A DNA stretch of 64,000 bases from Myxococcota bacterium (GTDB lineage: Bacteria > Myxococcota_A > UBA9160 > UBA4427). How positions within the stretch are numbered: position 1 is the stretch's first letter; each line of letters begins with the position of its first letter. The notes under the pieces are model-generated. The model was not told the DNA's origin, searched no databases, and saw nothing but the letters and a program-made list of their open reading frames with translations. The position numbers were made by a program, and so were the translations under genes. Where the stretch lies: contig OZ252299.1 of the NCBI GenBank assembly GCA_965250285.1, positions 3,904,001 to 3,968,000 of the forward strand, in the 5' to 3' direction. Positions 57,305-64,000 of the stretch are shown piece after piece.

Positions 57305-58093
57305 TCAGTCGGCGCTGCTTCGCTCGCGCTCGATCTCTTCGAGCATGACTTCGACGGCGGCGTGAGAGCCCACGCGAAGCTTCTCGATGCGCTGCTTCTC
57401 GTCGAGCGCCGGGTCGGGCGACAGCGGCGGCGCGATGCGAACGTCGACGCGACGCTCACCGCTCTCGTCCATGTCGACCGCGTGTCGCGACAGCAACGAG
57501 AACGTGCCGTCGATCGCGATCGGCAGCACGGGTCGGTCGGCGGCGACGGCCGCGCGAAATGCACCGCTCTTGAAGGGCTTCAGCTGGCCGTCGGCCGAGC
57601 GCGTGCCTTCGGGAAATACGAGCAGGCGCTGACCGCGCCCGAGCACCGACTCGAAGGCTTCGATGACGGCCATCGCCGCGTCGCGCCCCGCCTGACGGTC
57701 GACCGGCACGTGGCCCGCGAGTCGCAGATGCCAGCCGATCACCGGCACGTGCATCAGAGAACGCTTTGCGGCCCACTTGAAGTCGTCGGGCAACACGGCA
57801 CCGAGCACGAGGATGTCGATCAGGCTCTGATGGTTCGAGGCATAGATCACCGAGCCGTCAGGAATGTGCTCGAGGCCGCTCGCATGGATCTCGATGCCGA
57901 GACCGCGGCACGAAGCGGCGCTCCAACGCTGCGCGGCCCACGTCGAAGCCCGTCCGCCCGTGAACGGACCGATCAAGAGCGAAACGACGCCGTAGCCGAG
58001 GGTGCGCAGGCCGAAGGGCACCCACTGTCGAACCCATCGCACCTTGTCGTTGGTGGCGAAGACGCCCCACTCTTCACGAATCCAGCGCAGCAT
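57305..58093 (-). CDS. plsC: 1-acyl-sn-glycerol-3-phosphate acyltransferase (PlsC family)
   Basis: SNHQSLID, VDR, FPEGTRS and PFKSGAF motifs. Confidence 0.88.
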   Translation of the reverse strand: MLRWIREEWGVFATNDKVRWVRQWVPFGLRTLGYGVVSLLIGPFTGGRASTWAAQRWSAASCRGLGIEIHASGLEHIPDGSVIYASNHQSLIDILVLGAVLPDDFKWAAKRSLMHVPVIGWHLRLAGHVPVDRQAGRDAAMAVIEAFESVLGRGQRLLVFPEGTRSADGQLKPFKSGAFRAAVAADRPVLPIAIDGTFSLLSRHAVDMDESGERRVDVRIAPPLSPDPALDEKQRIEKLRVGSHAAVEVMLEEIERERSSAD

Positions 58094-58111
58094 CGGGCCC
58101 CCCGCGATGAA

Positions 58112-59260
58112 TCAGACGAGCGCGTTCAGGTCGACGTGATCGAGCCGCGCCTTGAGGCGCAGGCGCCACCGGTGCATCAGCTCCTGCCCGCGTCCCTCGT
58201 CGATCGCGACGTCGCTCGTCGGCGCCAGCGCGGCGAGGCTCGCGAGCAGCCCGCGCTGGTAGTCGCGCTGGAATCGATCGAAGGCGTAGTCGTCGACGCC
58301 GAGCGCATCGTGGTAGATCCGCAAGAGCCGCTGCTCGGCCTCGGCGCTCACCTCGGGCTCGAGCGCGCCACCGAGGAAGTAGGCGACGTCGTACGCAGCA
58401 GGACCAGATCGCACGAGCTGCCAGTCGAGGAACGCGATGTCGTCGCCGTCGAAGCAGACATTGTCGAGCCGCAGGTCGCAGTGGATCAGCGTCCGCGGCG
58501 CCTCACTCGCGAGCCGCCGCACGAGCTCGCCGCCCAGCGAGCGCAGCTTCTCGACGTAGGGTTCGAGACCGGGCGGCGCGACCTCGCGCAGGGCCTTCGC
58601 GCTCTTGCGAAACACCCCCGCGCGGATGCGCGCGTCGAGCGCCAGGGGCACGAGCCAGAAGCTCTCGTCGAGCGAGTCGCAGCCCCAGAACCGACGGTGG
58701 ATCGCCGCGAATGCTTCGAGCACGCGCCGGCATCGTTCGACCGAGGCACCTGCGAGCTGATCGCCGACCTCGAAGCTCTTCAGGTCTTCCATGATCAGGA
58801 CATGACGTCGGTTCTTGTTGCCCGAGATCCGCTTGCCGAGCCACGCGACGAAGCCGTGGGTAAAGCCGGGCAGCGCATCGACCTTCTCGAGGATCTCCTT
58901 CGGATCGGGCGAGTCGTCGTCGGGATCGCAGTCGCTGTAATAGATGCGCGGGATGCGCGCGGGCACGTTCGCGCCGAAGTCGTCGAAGAAGCGGGCCTCG
59001 CGCTCGTACACGCCGAGCAGCTCGCCGATCGGCCGATTCGCCAGCTTCGGGATCTTGGCGACGACCGACGGGGGCAGCCCCTCGGCGTCGGTATCGAGGT
59101 GAAGACGGACGATGTCGCCGAGAAAGCCCTGGCCCTCGCCGAGGATCTGGCGCTCGACGCCTTGAATCGGTACGCCGAGCGCGCCCGACAGCCACTCGGC
59201 CGTGATCTGCTCGGGATGCTCGGGGATCTCGGGGCGGGTCTCAGCCTGCGTTGAGCTCAT
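58112..59260 (-). CDS. APH / ecdysteroid-kinase-like phosphotransferase
   Basis: PEQITAEWL, VVAK, YEREARF, MEDL, LIHCDLRLDN and LDWQ motifs. Confidence 0.85.
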   Translation of the reverse strand: MSSTQAETRPEIPEHPEQITAEWLSGALGVPIQGVERQILGEGQGFLGDIVRLHLDTDAEGLPPSVVAKIPKLANRPIGELLGVYEREARFFDDFGANVPARIPRIYYSDCDPDDDSPDPKEILEKVDALPGFTHGFVAWLGKRISGNKNRRHVLIMEDLKSFEVGDQLAGASVERCRRVLEAFAAIHRRFWGCDSLDESFWLVPLALDARIRAGVFRKSAKALREVAPPGLEPYVEKLRSLGGELVRRLASEAPRTLIHCDLRLDNVCFDGDDIAFLDWQLVRSGPAAYDVAYFLGGALEPEVSAEAEQRLLRIYHDALGVDDYAFDRFQRDYQRGLLASLAALAPTSDVAIDEGRGQELMHRWRLRLKARLDHVDLNALV

Positions 59261-59984
59261 CGACGATCCCCAGCAGCTCGGTCAGTGCGCCGATCGTGTA
59301 GTCGGGGTCGGCCGTGACCTCGAGCCCCTGGCTGAGCGGCGCCGCACCGGCGCGATCGGCAATGTGCACGGCGCGCAGCCCCGCTGCGCTCGCGCCGGCG
59401 ACGTCGTGGTGGAGCGAGTCGCCCACGAAGAGCGCCTCGTGGGCGCCGAGCCCGCCCTTCTCGAGCGAATAGTGATAGATGCCGGTGTGCGGCTTGCACG
59501 AGCGCGCCTCTTCCGAGCTCGTCCAATCGTCGAGGACCGCATCGAGGCCATGCTTCTCGACCAGCGGCGCGAGCTGGTCGTCATCGATGTTCGAGACGAT
59601 CGAGAGATAGAGACCGCGCTCCTTGAGGGCCGACAGCGTGGCGAGGGTGTCGTCGCGCAGGGGCAGATGGTCGACCACCGCGCGGGTCTGGGCCTCGGCG
59701 AAGCGATCGGCGACGCCGTCGGGCACCGACTTCTCGAAGCGCGCTGCGAACGACTGAAGCGTCTGGTCGAAGAGCTCGCGGTGCAGAAAGAAGTCGCGCT
59801 CGGCGAACGTTCGCATCGTATCGGCGTTGCATTCGCCCCAAGCGCGACCGATGTCGCGCTTGCGCGCCTCGATGCCGAGCGCCTCGGCGGCGTCGAAGAT
59901 CGCGCGCCCCATCTCGGGCCCGAGGTGGTAGCTGAAGAGCGTGCCCCCCAGGTCGAACAACAATCCACGAACCGGCTTCGCCAT
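59241..59984 (-). CDS. HAD-IA family hydrolase
   Basis: LLFDLGGTL, VSN, KP and VGDSLHHDVAGA motifs. Confidence 0.9.
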   Translation of the reverse strand: MAKPVRGLLFDLGGTLFSYHLGPEMGRAIFDAAEALGIEARKRDIGRAWGECNADTMRTFAERDFFLHRELFDQTLQSFAARFEKSVPDGVADRFAEAQTRAVVDHLPLRDDTLATLSALKERGLYLSIVSNIDDDQLAPLVEKHGLDAVLDDWTSSEEARSCKPHTGIYHYSLEKGGLGAHEALFVGDSLHHDVAGASAAGLRAVHIADRAGAAPLSQGLEVTADPDYTIGALTELLGIVDELNAG

Positions 59985-60127
59985 GCGCGGATGGTGCCAC
60001 AGGCCCGCGTCCGACGCGCTCGAAGGCGCGCGGAACGGCGCCGGTCGGGTGGCGTGGCGCTCGCGCTCGGCCTTCGATCGCGCGGCGCGTATCCGATCCG
60101 GTCGGCGCGGCGCGTGCGGCCCTTCGC

Positions 60128-60751
60128 TCACTCGCGCCGAGCGACGACGAATCGACTCGGCGGCTTGAGCGGGAAGGTGCCCGTCTCGTCGACGCGAAAT
60201 CCGTTCGCGGTGATCAGCCCCTCGAGCTCGGCGATTGTCATGCAGTGCACGAAGGGCGCCGCGCCGACGAGCCGCGCAGCGCCGATCACGATCTTCCAGA
60301 GCTTCGTCTGCTCGCCCAGGCAGACCGTCTTCGACACGAACACGCCGCCCGGCCGCAGCAACGCGTGGATCCGACGCATCGCGGCAGGTCCATCCTCGAT
60401 CAGGTGGATCAGGTTGAACGCGAGCACCGCGTCGAACTGCCCCGGCTCGAGCTTCTCGTCGAAGAGCTCGGCCTGTTGAAATCGAAGGGATGGCACGGGA
60501 TCGGCTTCGGCCTTCTGCCGGCCGATCTCGATCATGCGGCCCGACACATCCGTCGCGACGTATCGCTCGACGCTCGGGGCGAGCCGCAGCGCGGTCGTGC
60601 CCGTGCCGCAGCCGAGCTCGAGCACCGTGTCGTTCGGCCCGAGTCGAGCGCGCGTCTGCTCGAGGCATCGCTCGTAGCTCTCCATATCCTTGATCGGCGA
60701 CTTCGCGTAGCCGTCGGCGTGCTTGTCCCAGAAACGTTCGGTCGTGGCCAT
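60128..60751 (-). CDS. Class I SAM-dependent methyltransferase
   Basis: VLELGCGTG, DVS..M, FDAV and LLRPGG motifs. Confidence 0.9.
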   Translation of the reverse strand: MATTERFWDKHADGYAKSPIKDMESYERCLEQTRARLGPNDTVLELGCGTGTTALRLAPSVERYVATDVSGRMIEIGRQKAEADPVPSLRFQQAELFDEKLEPGQFDAVLAFNLIHLIEDGPAAMRRIHALLRPGGVFVSKTVCLGEQTKLWKIVIGAARLVGAAPFVHCMTIAELEGLITANGFRVDETGTFPLKPPSRFVVARRE

Positions 60752-60851
60752 CGGGGCTCCCAGGGGCGCGTTTGCAGAGACGAACGGGCGCGGGCGCAGC
60801 CCGAGCTCCGAGCTGCTCCCCCTGTGTGTACGTTCGGGCGCGCGAGAAATT

Positions 60852-61751
60852 TCAGCCGGCGGACGCTTCGTCCGCGATGAAGCCGTCGGGCGAGACGGTC
60901 GCGGCCCACTCGCTCTGCGGGTCGCCGGCCACACGCACGTGCACCATGACCCGGGGTTCGCTGCGCGTGTAGGGGCGCGCGCGATGCAGCAACCTGCGGT
61001 TGTCCCAGAGCGCGACATCACCCGGCTGCCAGCGATGCTCGTAGACGCGGGGCGGCTGGCAAGCGAACGTCAGCAGCTCATCGAGCAGCGTCTCCGACGC
61101 CTCCGCCGACAGCCCGGGGATCTCGTGCGCATGTCGACCGATGTACAGGGCCCGATGCCCTGTCTGGGGATGCACCTTGACGATCGGGCGCAGCGGCTTG
61201 CCGTCTTCGTGAAAGCCGTAGCCCCGGCCCGGCTTCGCTCGGTGACCGAGCTTCGCCTGGGAATAGTAGATCGAGTGGTACGCCGAGAGGCCGTCGATGC
61301 GGACCTTCATGTCGTCGTCGAGCGCGTCGTAGGCAGACCGCATGTCGCCCCACTCGGTCCCGCCGCCCTCGGGCGGGACGACGCGCGCCGATAGCACTGA
61401 AGCGCGTGCGGCGAGCCGCATGTACGAGCTGTCGGTGTGCCAGCCCTCGTTGCCGCGCAACACCTGCACGAAGTCGAGCTTGTCGTCGGCGAGCGTGCCG
61501 TCCTTCGTCACGTTCGAGAGCGGGACCGCCTTCATGTCGGGGTTGGGCGTCAGGCGCTCGATCTCACCGAAGTGCTCGGCGAAGGCCACCTGATCTTCCG
61601 ACTCGAGGTGCTGGCCCGGAAAGATCAGCAGCCCGTGCTCGAGAAAGGCGGCGTCGATCCAGTCCCAGGGCAGCGCGCCGGGCTTCGACAGTTCGACCCC
61701 GGTCACGAAGGCACCGAACGTCGCGTCGCAGCGCTCGAGGGTCGGCGTCAT
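60852..61751 (-). CDS. TauD/TfdA family Fe(II)/2-oxoglutarate dioxygenase
   Basis: WHTDSSY (HxD), GGGTEWGD, HP.TG..ALY and WDNR..LHR motifs. ATGA overlap with the upstream gene. Confidence 0.93.
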   Translation of the reverse strand: MTPTLERCDATFGAFVTGVELSKPGALPWDWIDAAFLEHGLLIFPGQHLESEDQVAFAEHFGEIERLTPNPDMKAVPLSNVTKDGTLADDKLDFVQVLRGNEGWHTDSSYMRLAARASVLSARVVPPEGGGTEWGDMRSAYDALDDDMKVRIDGLSAYHSIYYSQAKLGHRAKPGRGYGFHEDGKPLRPIVKVHPQTGHRALYIGRHAHEIPGLSAEASETLLDELLTFACQPPRVYEHRWQPGDVALWDNRRLLHRARPYTRSEPRVMVHVRVAGDPQSEWAATVSPDGFIADEASAG

Positions 61752-62680
61752 GCGTGGCCTCCTCGCGTTCTCTCTTCGGTGCCGGGCCAGCGTTCGACCA
61801 GCACGTCGAGGATCTCCTGCGACGCGCCGAGCGCGCCGATGTGTCCCTCGCCCGGATGCACACGCAGCTCGGCGTTCGGGAGCCGGGCGGCGAGATGCTG
61901 ACCGTGCTCGAGCGGCACGATGCGGTCGGCGTCGCCATAGCGGAGCAGCGTCGGCACGGTCACGTCGCACAGCTCGAAGCCCCAGTGTCGGCCGAAGAGC
62001 ACGCCGTCGATCCAGACCGCGTGCATCTGAGTCTTGCTGCCGCGCAGCAGGTCGTCTTTGAACATCGCTCGGGTCGAGGCATCGGACAGCACGAGCTTGT
62101 CGCCGGGCGGCATGGCGCTCGCGAACAGATCGATGGCGGTCTCGGCCGCCGGCTCGAGCAGCCGGACGAGCCCGCGCATGGCGCTGCCCAGCGGCGCCCA
62201 GGTGCGCGCGACGACCGGCGACATGGTGCGCGTGAGGTCGTTGGCCCCCCCGCCGATGGCGTCCTCGCCCACCGACGGCGCCACCCCACCCAGTACGATG
62301 GCGAGCGCCACCCGCTTGGGCAGCTCGTGGGCACAGGCGAGCGCGTAGGGCCCTCCGCCCGAGAGACCGACCACCGCGAATCGCTCGATCCCGAGCGCGT
62401 CGCAGAGCTGCTCGATGTCGCCCGCGAAATCGACGACCGCGTCGTGCACGTGGGGCGACGAGTCGCCGATGCCCGGTCGTTCGACGGCGACGATGCGAAT
62501 GCCCTGCCGCCACGCGAGCCGCCTCGCGTCGGGCGCGATCTGCCGTCGACCACCCGGTGTGCCGTGAAACCAGAGCAGCGGGAGCCCGTCGACGGGACCG
62601 AACTCGGCGAAGCCGAGCTTTCGCTCAGCATCGAGGCGGATGCTCCCTTCGAAGCGCGGCTCGTCCAGCAGCGTGTTCAC
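61748..62680 (-). CDS. Alpha/beta hydrolase
   Basis: FHGTPG, ERPGIGDS, GLSGGG, D.IVP and GEGH motifs. Confidence 0.9.
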   Translation of the reverse strand: MNTLLDEPRFEGSIRLDAERKLGFAEFGPVDGLPLLWFHGTPGGRRQIAPDARRLAWRQGIRIVAVERPGIGDSSPHVHDAVVDFAGDIEQLCDALGIERFAVVGLSGGGPYALACAHELPKRVALAIVLGGVAPSVGEDAIGGGANDLTRTMSPVVARTWAPLGSAMRGLVRLLEPAAETAIDLFASAMPPGDKLVLSDASTRAMFKDDLLRGSKTQMHAVWIDGVLFGRHWGFELCDVTVPTLLRYGDADRIVPLEHGQHLAARLPNAELRVHPGEGHIGALGASQEILDVLVERWPGTEERTRGGHA

Positions 62681-62817
62681 GCGCAACCCTCCGTCGCGTT
62701 CGATGGTGTCGGTCGTTCGAGGCGCTCGCAAGCCCGCGCGGCGCCGTGCGTCCGAACTTCGCCGGTATGACGCTCACGCGCCCGGGGGCGCCTCTGCGCG
62801 CCGCGGGGCGCGCGGCC

Positions 62818-63639
62818 ATGATGCCCGACCAGGGGAAGCCAGTCGGTCTGGTACCGTGTCGTCTCCGTCCGGAGAGCCTCCTGGAACCGACGCTGCCCAC
62901 GATCCCGCTCACGAGCCTGCTGCTCGCCTTCGCGCCGAGCGTCGTCCTCGTGGTCGTGTTGTGGCGCTGGCGAGTCGATGCCCGCGAAGCCGTCTACGCC
63001 AATGCGCGCATGCTGGGGCAGCTGCTGCTCGTCGGGTACGTCCTGACCTTCGTCTTCACCACGGACCGACCGGTCGTCGTCGTCGCCGTCTTCGTCGTGA
63101 TGATGATCGCAGCCGCGTGGATCGCCATGCGCCCGATCCGAAGCCTGGGAACGCGTCGCTACCTGATCGTGCTCGTCGCGCTCGGGGGCAATGGTCTCCT
63201 CATGCTCGCTCTCGTCACCCAGGTCGTGCTCGATCTGCCGCGCTGGTTCGAGCCTCGTTACACGGTGCCGCTGGCAGGCATGGTGTTCGCCAACACGATG
63301 AACACCGTGAGCCTCGCCGCCGAACGCTACGCATCGGAGCGCCGACGTCACGCGAGATGGATCGAGGCACGCAACGCCGCCCTCGACGCGGCCCTCATCC
63401 CGCAGGTCAACGCGCTGCTCGCCGTTGGTCTCGTGTCGCTGCCCGGCATGATGACGGGCCAGATCCTCTCGGGCGTCGAGCCGCTGGTCGCGGTGCGGTA
63501 CCAGATCATGGTGATGTGCATGGTGTTCGGCGCCGGGGGCCTGGGCGCCGTCTCGTATCTCGCGCTGGTGCACCGATTCGACGAGGCGGTCGACGATGCG
63601 AGCGATTCGGACATTGAGTCGACGAGATCGCACGGATAG
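62818..63639 (+). CDS. UPF0014 (YbbM/FetB-like) ABC-type permease
   Basis: RM.GQL..VGYVL, PRY.VPLAGM...N.MN and GLVSLPGMMTGQILSG..PL.AVRYQI motifs. Start uncertain, may be about 62890. Confidence 0.85.
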   Translation: MMPDQGKPVGLVPCRLRPESLLEPTLPTIPLTSLLLAFAPSVVLVVVLWRWRVDAREAVYANARMLGQLLLVGYVLTFVFTTDRPVVVVAVFVVMMIAAAWIAMRPIRSLGTRRYLIVLVALGGNGLLMLALVTQVVLDLPRWFEPRYTVPLAGMVFANTMNTVSLAAERYASERRRHARWIEARNAALDAALIPQVNALLAVGLVSLPGMMTGQILSGVEPLVAVRYQIMVMCMVFGAGGLGAVSYLALVHRFDEAVDDASDSDIESTRSHG

Positions 63640-63669
63640 TCTCGCGCGACACCCCACCCCGGAGCCCCG

Positions 63670-64000
63670 ATGGCCTTCACGCGAACGTGTCTGCAGGTTC
63701 AGTCTTCGTCCTACACGACGGGCCTCTTCCTCGTGCCGATCGAGGCCGCACGCAGCATCGTGCCCGACGACTACTTTCGGGTCGCCGAGATCTTCGATGG
63801 CCAGGCCGTCTTCTTCGTCGGCACCGGCGAGTTTCGCAAGGCCGACCTGGGCCCGTACCGCGAGCTGTACGTCGGGTTCTACACCGAGAACCGCGAGACG
63901 AGTGAGCCCGCCACCGTCGCGTCGAACAAGGCCGAGTTCGAGCGCAACGCGTCGAAGATGTACATGTGGAAGAACTGGGTGAACACGGACGTCGCCGTCC
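63670..64000 (+). CDS. Acetoacetate decarboxylase-like protein, N-terminal part (runs off the window edge)
   Basis: Manual translation after a GGAG RBS: MAFTRTCLQVQSSSYTTGLFLVPIEAARSIVPDDYF...ADLGPYRELYVGFY... The GPY.E motif is typical of the ADC fold. The frame is open to the window end. Confidence 0.6.
   Translation, partial: MAFTRTCLQVQSSSYTTGLFLVPIEAARSIVPDDYFRVAEIFDGQAVFFVGTGEFRKADLGPYRELYVGFYTENRETSEPATVASNKAEFERNASKMYMWKNWVNTDVAV

Noticed and set aside
62818..63639. Permease without an adjacent ATPase as a novel transporter
   Set aside because: It is close to the window edge and the partner may be encoded elsewhere, so this is not informative.

Overview
A very GC-rich, densely coding 64 kb bacterial chromosomal segment with about 47 genes. 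I found no rRNA, tRNA, CRISPR array or mobile element. The mix of lipoproteins, an exosortase-type C-terminal anchor, F420-type oxidoreductases and many lipid/aromatic catabolic enzymes fits a high-GC Gram-negative heterotroph such as Myxococcota (inference only). Main blocks: (i) exported PQQ dehydrogenase, Tat amidase and kinase; (ii) a catabolic island (13.7-24.4 kb) with a carotenoid-oxygenase-family enzyme, a Rieske oxygenase, CoA-transferases, a flavin monooxygenase and a GntR regulator with visible operator palindromes; (iii) a HAD-acyltransferase fusion plus gpsA; (iv) a cell-surface glycosylation block; (v) a hidden selenoprotein at 35015-35899, which the ORF track splits at an in-frame TGA in a UxxC motif followed by a SECIS-like hairpin; (vi) a surface-anchored protein of about 3,080 aa that fuses an intact galactose-oxidase-type copper radical oxidase, carbohydrate-binding modules, a beta-propeller and a di-heme cytochrome c peroxidase-like domain on a stalk of 23 x 62-aa acidic Cys-paired repeats, with a second di-heme peroxidase gene divergently next to it; (vii) a long minus-strand run of redox and lipid enzymes. 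Items (v) and (vi) are the strongest candidates for undescribed biology. All calls come from motif recognition, and no database search was run.
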